DNA from: an uncultured bacterium
Lineage (GTDB): Bacteria; CSSED10-310; CAZUFC01
Direction of reading: 5' to 3'
Assembly (NCBI GenBank): GCA_964619725.1
Contig: CAZUFC010000026.1
Location: forward strand, 9,729-73,728
DNA length: 64,000 nt
Shown: in pieces, positions 56,283-64,000 of the stretch
How the letters are laid out: the number at the start of each line of letters is the position of its first letter
How positions within the stretch are numbered: the stretch's first letter is position 1
The notes under the pieces: generated by a model
Told to the model about the DNA's origin: nothing
Seen by the model: the letters and a program-made list of their open reading frames with translations, nothing else
Database searches by the model: none
Translations under genes and position numbers: made by a program

Positions 56283-59200
56283 ATGAGCATAAAAAAGAAT
56301 TTCGATAAACCGGATTTTGAATTTCATATTTCCCGTAAGGCGCGTGACCGGTATGAATTTTCCGATCGTATGTTTTCCATGACGGGACGAGTCATAATCG
56401 CTGATTTTCATGCGGCGCGTCTACTGGCGCAGAAAATGAACGAAAAGCGCGATCTGTTGCATTACCCTGAAAAGGCTGTAAGGGCAGGTCAAATCAACGC
56501 CATGGGATTGATGGATGAAATTTTTCATTATGTCGCTTCTCTTTTTCGGGAACAGAGGAATCCTGAGACGATAAGGAAGGCGCTGGACCGGCTTGAGCGA
56601 AATATCGGTAAAGATGAAACGGATAATGTATTGCGTGTATTTACGGAAGAATTTCCGCCGGTTTCGGTTTATCGGGGTGAGGAGACAGTTGAAGAATATC
56701 TGGCGGGACAATCGGATGACCGGCCCAATCGTGAGGCGGCATTGGAAGAGCTGCTCATGTTGTGGCTGAGTTCCGTGAATCCGGGTTTAAAGGCTTATGA
56801 CGAACTTTTCGATGTCAGGCGCATGGAAAAGCTGACTCATTTCAGGCAAGCTATAGAGGAACTGAAAAGCTATTTTACTGAAGAGCCGCGTTTCGGACCG
56901 GAGAACAAGGACCTGATCGAGATGCTGATGACTCCGGGCAGGAAGGTTCCTCATTCGATTGAAGGGCAGATTGAATATATCCTGAAGCACTGGTCATATT
57001 TACTGGGAGAATTCGCTTACAGAGCGTTGAGGGCGTTGGATTTACTGAGTGAAGAAGAGAAGATGTCGTATAAGGGATTGAAGGGGCCGGGACCTTCCCT
57101 GGTACCGGATTACCTGCAGTTTGATGCAGCATACGAGCCTGAAGCTTACAGTTCTGATCTTTTCTGGATGCCGCGCCTGGTGTTGCTGGCAAAAAACACT
57201 TATGTATGGCTGGATCAGTTATCCAGGCAATACGGCCGTGAGATTCGCCGCCTGGACCAGTTGCCGGAGCAAGAGCTGGAGATAGCCGCCAGGCGGGGTT
57301 TTACAGGCTTGTGGCTGATAGGCATTTGGGAAAGAAGCGCTGCATCACGCGTGATCAAGCAGGCCTGCGGCAACCCGGAAGCCGTGCCGTCGGCCTATTC
57401 AATTTATGATTATACGATTGCTGAGGACCTGGGCGGAGAAGAGGCTTTCGCTGAACTGAAGGAAAGGGCCTGGAAATACGGATTAAGATTGGCGGGCGAT
57501 ATGGTCCCGAATCATATGGGGATAGACTCACATTGGGTCATAAATCATCCCGAAAGATTCATCTCCTCAGACCGGTGTCCCTTCCCGGTATACTCTTTCA
57601 CCGGCCCTGATCTCTCCTCGGACCCGCGAGTCAGCATATACATCGAAGACCATTATTACAGCCGCTCGGATGCAGCCGTCACCTTCAAACGAATCGACAA
57701 TCAAACGGGCGAAGTGAAATATATTTATCACGGAAACGACGGTACGGATATGCCGTGGAATGATACCGCGCAACTGGATTACTTGAAGGACCATGTCCGG
57801 GAAGCAGTGATACAAAAAATAATTGAAGTAGCTCGCAAGACGCCCATAATTCGTTTTGATGCCGCCATGACGCTGACAAAGCGCCACTATCAACGATTAT
57901 GGTTTCCAGAACCGGGCTCAGGCGGCGATATTCCTTCCAGAAGCGAATACGGTATGACGAAATCAGAATTCAATAATATGATGCCGAAAGAATTCTGGAG
58001 GCAAGTCGTAGACCGCGTGGCTGAAGAAGCCCCTGATACGTTGCTGCTGGCTGAGGCTTTCTGGCTTATGGAAGGTTTCTTCGTCAGAACTCTGGGTATG
58101 CATCGCGTCTACAACAGCGCGTTCATGAATATGCTGCGGGATGAAGACAATGCGAAATACAGGAGCGTGATGAAGAATACCCTGGAGTTCGATCCTGAAA
58201 TTCTTAAACGGTTCGTCAATTTCATGAATAATCCGGATGAAAAAACCGCTGTCGAACAATTCGGCAAAGACGATAAATATTTCGGCGTGTGTATTATGCT
58301 GGCGACATTGCCGGGATTGCCCATGTTCGGCCATGGACAACTGGAAGGATACCGGGAAAAATACGGAATGGAATACAGGAGAGCCTATATGGATGAACAA
58401 TCCGATCAGTGGCTTTTGGAAAGACATGAACAACTGATTTCGCCGCTCCTGCACAGCCGGTCTCTTTTTGCTGAAGTGCAAAATTTTCTATTGTACGACT
58501 TCTATACGGAACAAGGCAGCGTTGATGAAAACGTTTTCGCTTATTCCAACAGCTTCAATGATAAAAATTCCCTGGTGGTCTATCATAACAAATACGCTGA
58601 AACTGCCGGCTGGATCAAAACTTCCGTATCTTTTGCGGTTAAAGAGGAGCATCAGAAAGAACCCAGGCTGGTTTCAAGAGGATTGGCCGAAGGGCTGAAT
58701 TTAAGCGGGGAAGCGAACAAGTTCTGTATTTTCAGAGATCACGTTTCCAATTTGCATTATATTCGCAGGAGCGGCGAGCTTGCTGAGAAGGGTCTCTTTT
58801 GTGAGCTGGGCGCCTACCAGTATCATGTTTTTCTGGATTTTAAGGAAGTCCGGGATACGGAGGACAAGCGGTATTCGCTGTTGAACGATTACTTGAACGG
58901 CAGAGGCGTGCCCGATTTGAATGAAGCTACTGCCGAAGTCCTGATTCAGAAGATTCGAAGTCCTTTCGCACGATTATTCGATGCTGAGTTCATGGATGCG
59001 CTGGTTGAAACGAGGTCGTTAATAAAGGCGGTTGAATTTTTAGAAGAGGGCGGCATGAAGATATTGGAAAAGAATTACCTGATTTTCCTGCATGCTGCAG
59101 CCCGGCATTTAGAGTTGCCTTCGCTTTCGTCGACCGTATTCGAAAGTTATATAAAGACGCTGAGAAATTGCGTCGAAATATTTTCTGGACTGGATAAAGG

Positions 59201-59816
59201 AAAAAGCAAAAGACCGAAGGAATTGAAAGAAACTCTTGGAAACGTAAAATCCGCTATGAAGAATGACGCGGATCACTGGATCATTCTTCTGGGTTGGTTG
59301 AATATTCAGAACCTGGGACGAATCGTCGGCGACCGCAATCATGAAGGCGACCCGGAGCAGATCAGTCTAAGCTGGATGGATGAATGGAACCTGAACAAAG
59401 TAATCTATGAAGCATTAGGCCGTTACGGGGCGAATGAAGAGGACATGTTCCGTTCCGTCGCCGTAGTCAAGATACTTGTTTCTCACGGGAAACTTTTGGG
59501 GAACAGCGAAAAAGACAACAAAAAGATTCTTAAATTATTAAAACTGCTGTTCGGCGATCCCAAAATGCACAGGTATCTGGGCTTAAACAGGCATAAAGAT
59601 ACTCTGTGGTATAACCAGGAATCATTCGAAGAGCTGATTCACTGGTTATATCTGGTTAATCTGATTCAGATGCGGGTTGAGACCGGAGGAACAAACGAAA
59701 TCTTCCAGGAGAAGGCAAATAAAATGAATCGCCTGCTCGCAGAACTCCTGAAACTTTCCAGACAATCCGAATTCCAGGTGGAAAAACTCCTGGATGCCGC
59801 TGAAGAACGTGATTGA
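56283..59816 (+). CDS. Alpha-amylase family (GH13) glycoside hydrolase
   Basis: D.VPNH, W.DTAQLDY, IRFDAAM, LLAEAFW, F.NNPDE. Confidence 0.88.
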   Translation: MSIKKNFDKPDFEFHISRKARDRYEFSDRMFSMTGRVIIADFHAARLLAQKMNEKRDLLHYPEKAVRAGQINAMGLMDEIFHYVASLFREQRNPETIRKALDRLERNIGKDETDNVLRVFTEEFPPVSVYRGEETVEEYLAGQSDDRPNREAALEELLMLWLSSVNPGLKAYDELFDVRRMEKLTHFRQAIEELKSYFTEEPRFGPENKDLIEMLMTPGRKVPHSIEGQIEYILKHWSYLLGEFAYRALRALDLLSEEEKMSYKGLKGPGPSLVPDYLQFDAAYEPEAYSSDLFWMPRLVLLAKNTYVWLDQLSRQYGREIRRLDQLPEQELEIAARRGFTGLWLIGIWERSAASRVIKQACGNPEAVPSAYSIYDYTIAEDLGGEEAFAELKERAWKYGLRLAGDMVPNHMGIDSHWVINHPERFISSDRCPFPVYSFTGPDLSSDPRVSIYIEDHYYSRSDAAVTFKRIDNQTGEVKYIYHGNDGTDMPWNDTAQLDYLKDHVREAVIQKIIEVARKTPIIRFDAAMTLTKRHYQRLWFPEPGSGGDIPSRSEYGMTKSEFNNMMPKEFWRQVVDRVAEEAPDTLLLAEAFWLMEGFFVRTLGMHRVYNSAFMNMLRDEDNAKYRSVMKNTLEFDPEILKRFVNFMNNPDEKTAVEQFGKDDKYFGVCIMLATLPGLPMFGHGQLEGYREKYGMEYRRAYMDEQSDQWLLERHEQLISPLLHSRSLFAEVQNFLLYDFYTEQGSVDENVFAYSNSFNDKNSLVVYHNKYAETAGWIKTSVSFAVKEEHQKEPRLVSRGLAEGLNLSGEANKFCIFRDHVSNLHYIRRSGELAEKGLFCELGAYQYHVFLDFKEVRDTEDKRYSLLNDYLNGRGVPDLNEATAEVLIQKIRSPFARLFDAEFMDALVETRSLIKAVEFLEEGGMKILEKNYLIFLHAAARHLELPSLSSTVFESYIKTLRNCVEIFSGLDKGKSKRPKELKETLGNVKSAMKNDADHWIILLGWLNIQNLGRIVGDRNHEGDPEQISLSWMDEWNLNKVIYEALGRYGANEEDMFRSVAVVKILVSHGKLLGNSEKDNKKILKLLKLLFGDPKMHRYLGLNRHKDTLWYNQESFEELIHWLYLVNLIQMRVETGGTNEIFQEKANKMNRLLAELLKLSRQSEFQVEKLLDAAEERD

Positions 59817-59965
59817 AGGAATAGAGAAGAGTTTTGGACTGACCGAAGAACGGTTATAATTCGTCCTTACAGAAAAAACCGCGTATGAAAGTTCCCCGCA
59901 GCAACGGCTGACTATTTCACACACTTGACATAAGAATTCTGTCGGGAACATTGTTTGCGTATAAT

Positions 59966-60131
59966 GTTCGATTTCGATTGCCGGCGAGATACCGACTCCG
60001 ATTTCGATTCCGAGCCCGATACCGATACCGATTCCGATTCCGACGCCGATCCCGACGCCGATACTGATACTCATTACCGATAAAAACCGTCAAAAGTTTT
60101 GAAAGTAGTGCAACTCCGTTTGATCAGTCCC
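59966..60131 (-). repeat. Family A repeat with an expanded hexamer tract, one end missing
   Basis: Long CCGATN hexamer run, then CAAAAGTTTTGAAAG..TTTGATCAGTCCC. Confidence 0.8.
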
Positions 60132-60156
60132 ACAAATATTAATGTCTTATGATTTC

Positions 60157-60204
60157 GGGCTGATCAAAAATGTAACCTTCAAATAGTGATATTTGATCAA
60201 TGTC
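60157..60204 (+). repeat. Miniature (48-bp) family A derivative
   Basis: GGGCTGATCAAAAATGTAACCTTCAAA..TTTGATCAATGTC; overlaps the stop codon of the next gene. Confidence 0.6.
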
Positions 60205-61639
60205 CTGGAATTTTCCCGGTCGATTCTTCATTCAGCCAATCCAGAGGAAAATCGGGATAAAGGCGAACGAGCTCGAAGATATTGGCTGTAAGGTTATTGT
60301 TTTTTCCCGTTCGGAAAGGGTTAATGAATTCCCAGACAAGGAATTTTTCCGGTGTCAGCTCAAATGCCCGTCCTCCGTCAGATTCTGTAACGAGAGTATT
60401 GCCGTTGGGGAGTCTTTGAACGGTTCCGCACGTATCGGAAAAGAACGGCGCATCAGGTTTTCCCTGGTATTCCCAGATAATGTTCATTGTTGCGGGGTCG
60501 TATTCAAGAATTCTGGATTGGGTCTGAGGCGTTATCGTTTCATCAAGGCCCCTGTGATTATCGAACAGGATCAGGTTGCGTTTGTCCACGATTTCAGCAT
60601 CGTGCTGCCGCAGGAAGGAATCCTGATATAACCACACAACCTGTTCCAGAGATAAATCAATCACGGCTACTGCATCAAGATGGCACATGCTGATAAGGAT
60701 ATTTCCCTTTTTGAAGGCGGGAACGCGATCAGCGATGCTGCCGTCAAGTATCTGGAGGGAATTAGTATGAAAAATGTCCAGCAGGTCAGGATGTTCTTTC
60801 AATCGATTGCGCGATACGGCTCTGTATTCAGGCGAATTTTCAAAACAATCCAGGATGGATACGCGCTTTTTCTCCTTGCCTTTCTCATCAAGAATAGTAA
60901 TAAAATCCTCCAACAGAGGCTTGTAATAATTTAATTCTGGAAAAATATCGCCTTTTCGCGTCAATACATAGATATCGCCGTTTTCAGCCACCTTCAGATC
61001 GTGATGCGCCTTGTTTTCATTTATCCAGAGGAGATTGGATTTTTTGTCGAGTTTAGCGACGGCTATTCCTTCAAAAATGACCAGGATATCACCGTTCGGC
61101 ATCAGGTGAGCTTTACGCCAGAAGTGAGTAAATCCCCGATAAGTAGGCAACCCCGTTGCTTCCAACTGTCCGTCATCCATGGACCAGGTATGCATTATAG
61201 CGCCTTCCATGTCCATCAAAGCGGCATAGGGGCTATGCCCGGAAACGAAAAAATTGAAACCCGAAAAAGCCTGTTCGGGCACATGAACAGTAACGCCTGT
61301 TTTATCCTCTGCCTCTCTGGTTCCGGCAAGATATCCGATGGCTTCCAGCTTTTCGATCATCTCCTGTTGTTCCCGGGTGAATTCACTCGAATCCTTCCGA
61401 TTTAACGATCTTCCCTCCGGCGAATCAACAGGTGATTCAGATTTCTCCAATTCATGAATTCCATGACTATCAGCGTTTCTTTCATCGGGCGAACCGGCTT
61501 TTTCAATATTTAAACCGGTTCCCCTTATCACATAGGACAGAATAATCCCTGCAAGAAGGAACAGAAGAACAAGAGGGACCCAGATACTTTTCTTATGCTT
61601 CAAAACCCGGAATTTTTCAGTAATCATAATATGTTGCAT
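60197..61639 (-). CDS. Arylsulfotransferase-family beta-propeller protein
   Basis: N-terminal TM segment, AHHD, HTNSL, QHDA, FDN, Q.LPNGNTLVTES..GRAFE. Confidence 0.85.
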   Translation of the reverse strand: MQHIMITEKFRVLKHKKSIWVPLVLLFLLAGIILSYVIRGTGLNIEKAGSPDERNADSHGIHELEKSESPVDSPEGRSLNRKDSSEFTREQQEMIEKLEAIGYLAGTREAEDKTGVTVHVPEQAFSGFNFFVSGHSPYAALMDMEGAIMHTWSMDDGQLEATGLPTYRGFTHFWRKAHLMPNGDILVIFEGIAVAKLDKKSNLLWINENKAHHDLKVAENGDIYVLTRKGDIFPELNYYKPLLEDFITILDEKGKEKKRVSILDCFENSPEYRAVSRNRLKEHPDLLDIFHTNSLQILDGSIADRVPAFKKGNILISMCHLDAVAVIDLSLEQVVWLYQDSFLRQHDAEIVDKRNLILFDNHRGLDETITPQTQSRILEYDPATMNIIWEYQGKPDAPFFSDTCGTVQRLPNGNTLVTESDGGRAFELTPEKFLVWEFINPFRTGKNNNLTANIFELVRLYPDFPLDWLNEESTGKIPGH

Positions 61640-61766
61640 CCGCCTCAGGTTAATTCCGCAAGAGACCGTCTCGACGCTGTATTTCGAGCGGCGATACCGA
61701 ACGCCTTTATTCGAAAGACGCCCTCACCCCTTTCAGATTTTAACACGGTTGACCATGAAAAAAAAC

Positions 61767-61921
61767 GGCATTGATCAAATATGCATTTTTTGAGGTCCCA
61801 TTGCGAGGGAATATCCCATTATTTTGTTTCGATTGCTATTGCTATCCCGATACCGTTCCCGATTATTGAAACAAACTGTCAAAAGTTGTTAAAGAAGTGT
61901 GACCCCGGCTTGATCAGTCTC
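61767..61921 (-). repeat. MITE-like repeat, family A
   Basis: GGCATTGATCAAA ... CTTGATCAGTCTC. Confidence 0.85.
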
Positions 61922-62079
61922 CTAAAAATATCTCCGCATGCGGGCCTTTTTCTTTACTGACGGAGGCGCTCAGTTCAACAGGGCTATAACAATGAGTGAA
62001 CAAATGAGACCGTTTTTTCGCCGGCGCCTTCGGGCGAATGATTAAGCTTGTCATCAGGCGACGGGTGTGAGAGACTCTA

Positions 62080-62685
62080 ATGGATGAAGGGACTGTCTTC
62101 GGGCAGAAACCAGGGAGTAGGGCAACCGAAATGAACGTAAATCATGTTGCATTTTTGACTCACGAACTGGAATCCATAACAAGTCAGTTGCCGGATTTTT
62201 GCAGGCCTCTGTCGATCGAAAACCAACCATCCGAAGGAACACGAGAACAATACGTTGAATTTGCCGGTGAAGGTGCGCCCAGGTTGCTGCTGATGCAACC
62301 CGTCGCAGAAGGACCCTATAGGCGCGCGATGAGAAAAAGGGGTCCTGGCCTTCACCATATCGGCGGCGCTGTAGAATCCATCAGAGAGTTGTTGCCGCGT
62401 ATCGAGCAACACCGGCTACTGGTGCATCCTGCTTCTGTAACAACTTTCGACAGGAAGATGCTCTGGCTCTGTCGACCGGGGGTGCCTTTCTTGATTGAAG
62501 TATTGGAAGACGATTGCGGTGACAGCGAGAATGTCATGTGCAGTTTGAGAATTCCCCCCACGCGGCCGATACCGAAATTTATTCGTGGATTTTTCTCAAA
62601 CCTCGATATTCAAAATTCTGATGATGATCGATTTTATTTTGGCGTTGGGAATAGAATTATTTCGTTTAATATGGCGCCGGGCTAG
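62080..62685 (+). CDS. VOC/glyoxalase family protein
   Basis: NHVAF, LMQP...GP......KRGPGLHHI..AV, LIEV.E. Confidence 0.7.
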   Translation: MDEGTVFGQKPGSRATEMNVNHVAFLTHELESITSQLPDFCRPLSIENQPSEGTREQYVEFAGEGAPRLLLMQPVAEGPYRRAMRKRGPGLHHIGGAVESIRELLPRIEQHRLLVHPASVTTFDRKMLWLCRPGVPFLIEVLEDDCGDSENVMCSLRIPPTRPIPKFIRGFFSNLDIQNSDDDRFYFGVGNRIISFNMAPG

Positions 62686-63878
62686 CGCTCGTCCGCTGTT
62701 TCATCATCCGATTCGGTATATTTCGACAATGTCCCGTTTTGGTAGTAGAAATCTCCTTTTCTGCCCTTGGCGTCGAGGTAGGTTTTATTTTTAAAGAGGC
62801 TATGGAAGGTGATACGCGCTTTCACTGAGCGGCCTTGCATTTTTGAATTCAAATTCCAGACTATCGTGCAAGTCGCAGCCTTGGGGTCAGGCAATTGCCA
62901 GTCGTCAAATCTGTTTGCCGGTCCGAAAGTATGATAGGATTGCCCTGCCACCTTATTTCCGTATGCTCCGGACCTTGTGAGGAAAATTTTGGAGTTGAGG
63001 TCTATGCCGGTTCTGGGAGAAGAGGTTACTTCATTTGCCGGCCAGGGTTCTGAGGCAAAATCAATTTCATCCCATACGGCATTTCGGTGATCGTCACCAC
63101 AGAGGAAAACAAGAGTCCTGCGATTTCCGTAACCGTAGTCCACAGCGTATTTGAATAATTCGTTTCGTTCAGCTTTATAATACAACCCGAAACTGTCGCG
63201 AACTCCCCAGAACGTTGTAGGAGGATAGTATACGGTTCCGTCGCCGATGTTATCCAACGGCAATGTTGAACTCACGAAAAACAATAATCCTTTTAGTTTG
63301 TATTTATCGAGCTGTTTTTTTATCCAGGTGTGTTGTTCCTTCCCGAAAATCGTATTCTTTTCTGTGCAGGGTTCGTTTCCTTTCAAGTTGTCCGATTTGA
63401 AAGGGTTGTATGATGTCTGTCCGGTTCTGGCGGTTCGCTGATCGGATACGATAAAGGGAATGCCGGCGATTTCATAAGAATAGGCATACGTATTATCCAG
63501 CGGTTTCGGATGGTCGCGAACCGTCCAGTCCCAAACCGTCGGGGGAACGGCCGGATCATCGGCGCGAGGCAGGTAAAAGCGTCCTGCAGAGTTCCCCCCT
63601 CCATAATCATGATCATCCCACATGTATAACAGCGGAATATGCTTGAATACATCTCCGGTCATCGACAGACTCTTCAGAAACTGGTCTGTCCGCGATTGTG
63701 CGCTGAAAGGAGCGGGAACATGAGAATAGAAATCTCCAACGGATATAATGACAGCCGGGATATTTTCCTTCGCATAATGTTTATTGTAATGTTCCAGGAT
63801 TGCAGGAACATACATGCCTTTCCTGTGAAGGTCTGCAATCTGGTATAGGATAAAGTGTCCGCCTGACGACGGGGGCAT
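62682..63878 (-). CDS. PhoD-like metallophosphatase, apparently 5'-truncated
   Basis: ADLH, SVGDFY, MWDDHDY, D.RT.R, FG.EQ..W, GDDH. The frame stays open only to 63953. Confidence 0.7.
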   Translation of the reverse strand: MPPSSGGHFILYQIADLHRKGMYVPAILEHYNKHYAKENIPAVIISVGDFYSHVPAPFSAQSRTDQFLKSLSMTGDVFKHIPLLYMWDDHDYGGGNSAGRFYLPRADDPAVPPTVWDWTVRDHPKPLDNTYAYSYEIAGIPFIVSDQRTARTGQTSYNPFKSDNLKGNEPCTEKNTIFGKEQHTWIKKQLDKYKLKGLLFFVSSTLPLDNIGDGTVYYPPTTFWGVRDSFGLYYKAERNELFKYAVDYGYGNRRTLVFLCGDDHRNAVWDEIDFASEPWPANEVTSSPRTGIDLNSKIFLTRSGAYGNKVAGQSYHTFGPANRFDDWQLPDPKAATCTIVWNLNSKMQGRSVKARITFHSLFKNKTYLDAKGRKGDFYYQNGTLSKYTESDDETADER

Positions 63879-64000
63879 CGTAACAGTCCGGTATCTGGCT
63901 TTTTCTACATTGTCTAGTTTTACTCGATATTCGTCACGGTATCGGCAAAGTAATTAGCATTTTTTTGAATTGATTTTTTGAAAAAAATCAATTCAAAAAA

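Noticed and set aside
1-64000. tRNA, rRNA or known riboswitches
   Set aside because: None recognised by eye; a covariance-model scan would be needed to exclude them.

Overview
Bacterial chromosomal window. It starts with a type II secretion operon (gspE-F-G-H-I-J-K-L-M-D) and two Ig-like lipoproteins. The main result is a complete diversity-generating retroelement (DGR) at about 18.4-27.1 kb. An HTH/four-helix-bundle gene, avd, a 137-nt template repeat (22710-22846) and a DGR reverse transcriptase lie between two convergent ~1000-aa DUF4062-NACHT-CLec (NLR-like) genes. By hand alignment, the C-terminal variable regions of these two genes differ from the template at 18 and 19 positions, all at template adenines. 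Each gene is followed, 32 nt after its stop codon, by the same 8-bp stem with a GRA loop. The rest of the window holds an Rpn nuclease, a sulfatase, secreted beta-helix and sorting-signal proteins, an anti-sigma/STAS pair, nagZ with a peptide ABC transporter, decayed toxin-antitoxin genes, two GT-C-like membrane proteins, suhB, a GH13 enzyme, an arylsulfotransferase, a VOC protein and a PhoD-like gene. About ten copies of a ~150-bp MITE-like repeat and several other non-coding repeat families sit between genes. All protein calls come from motif recognition by eye; no database searches were run.
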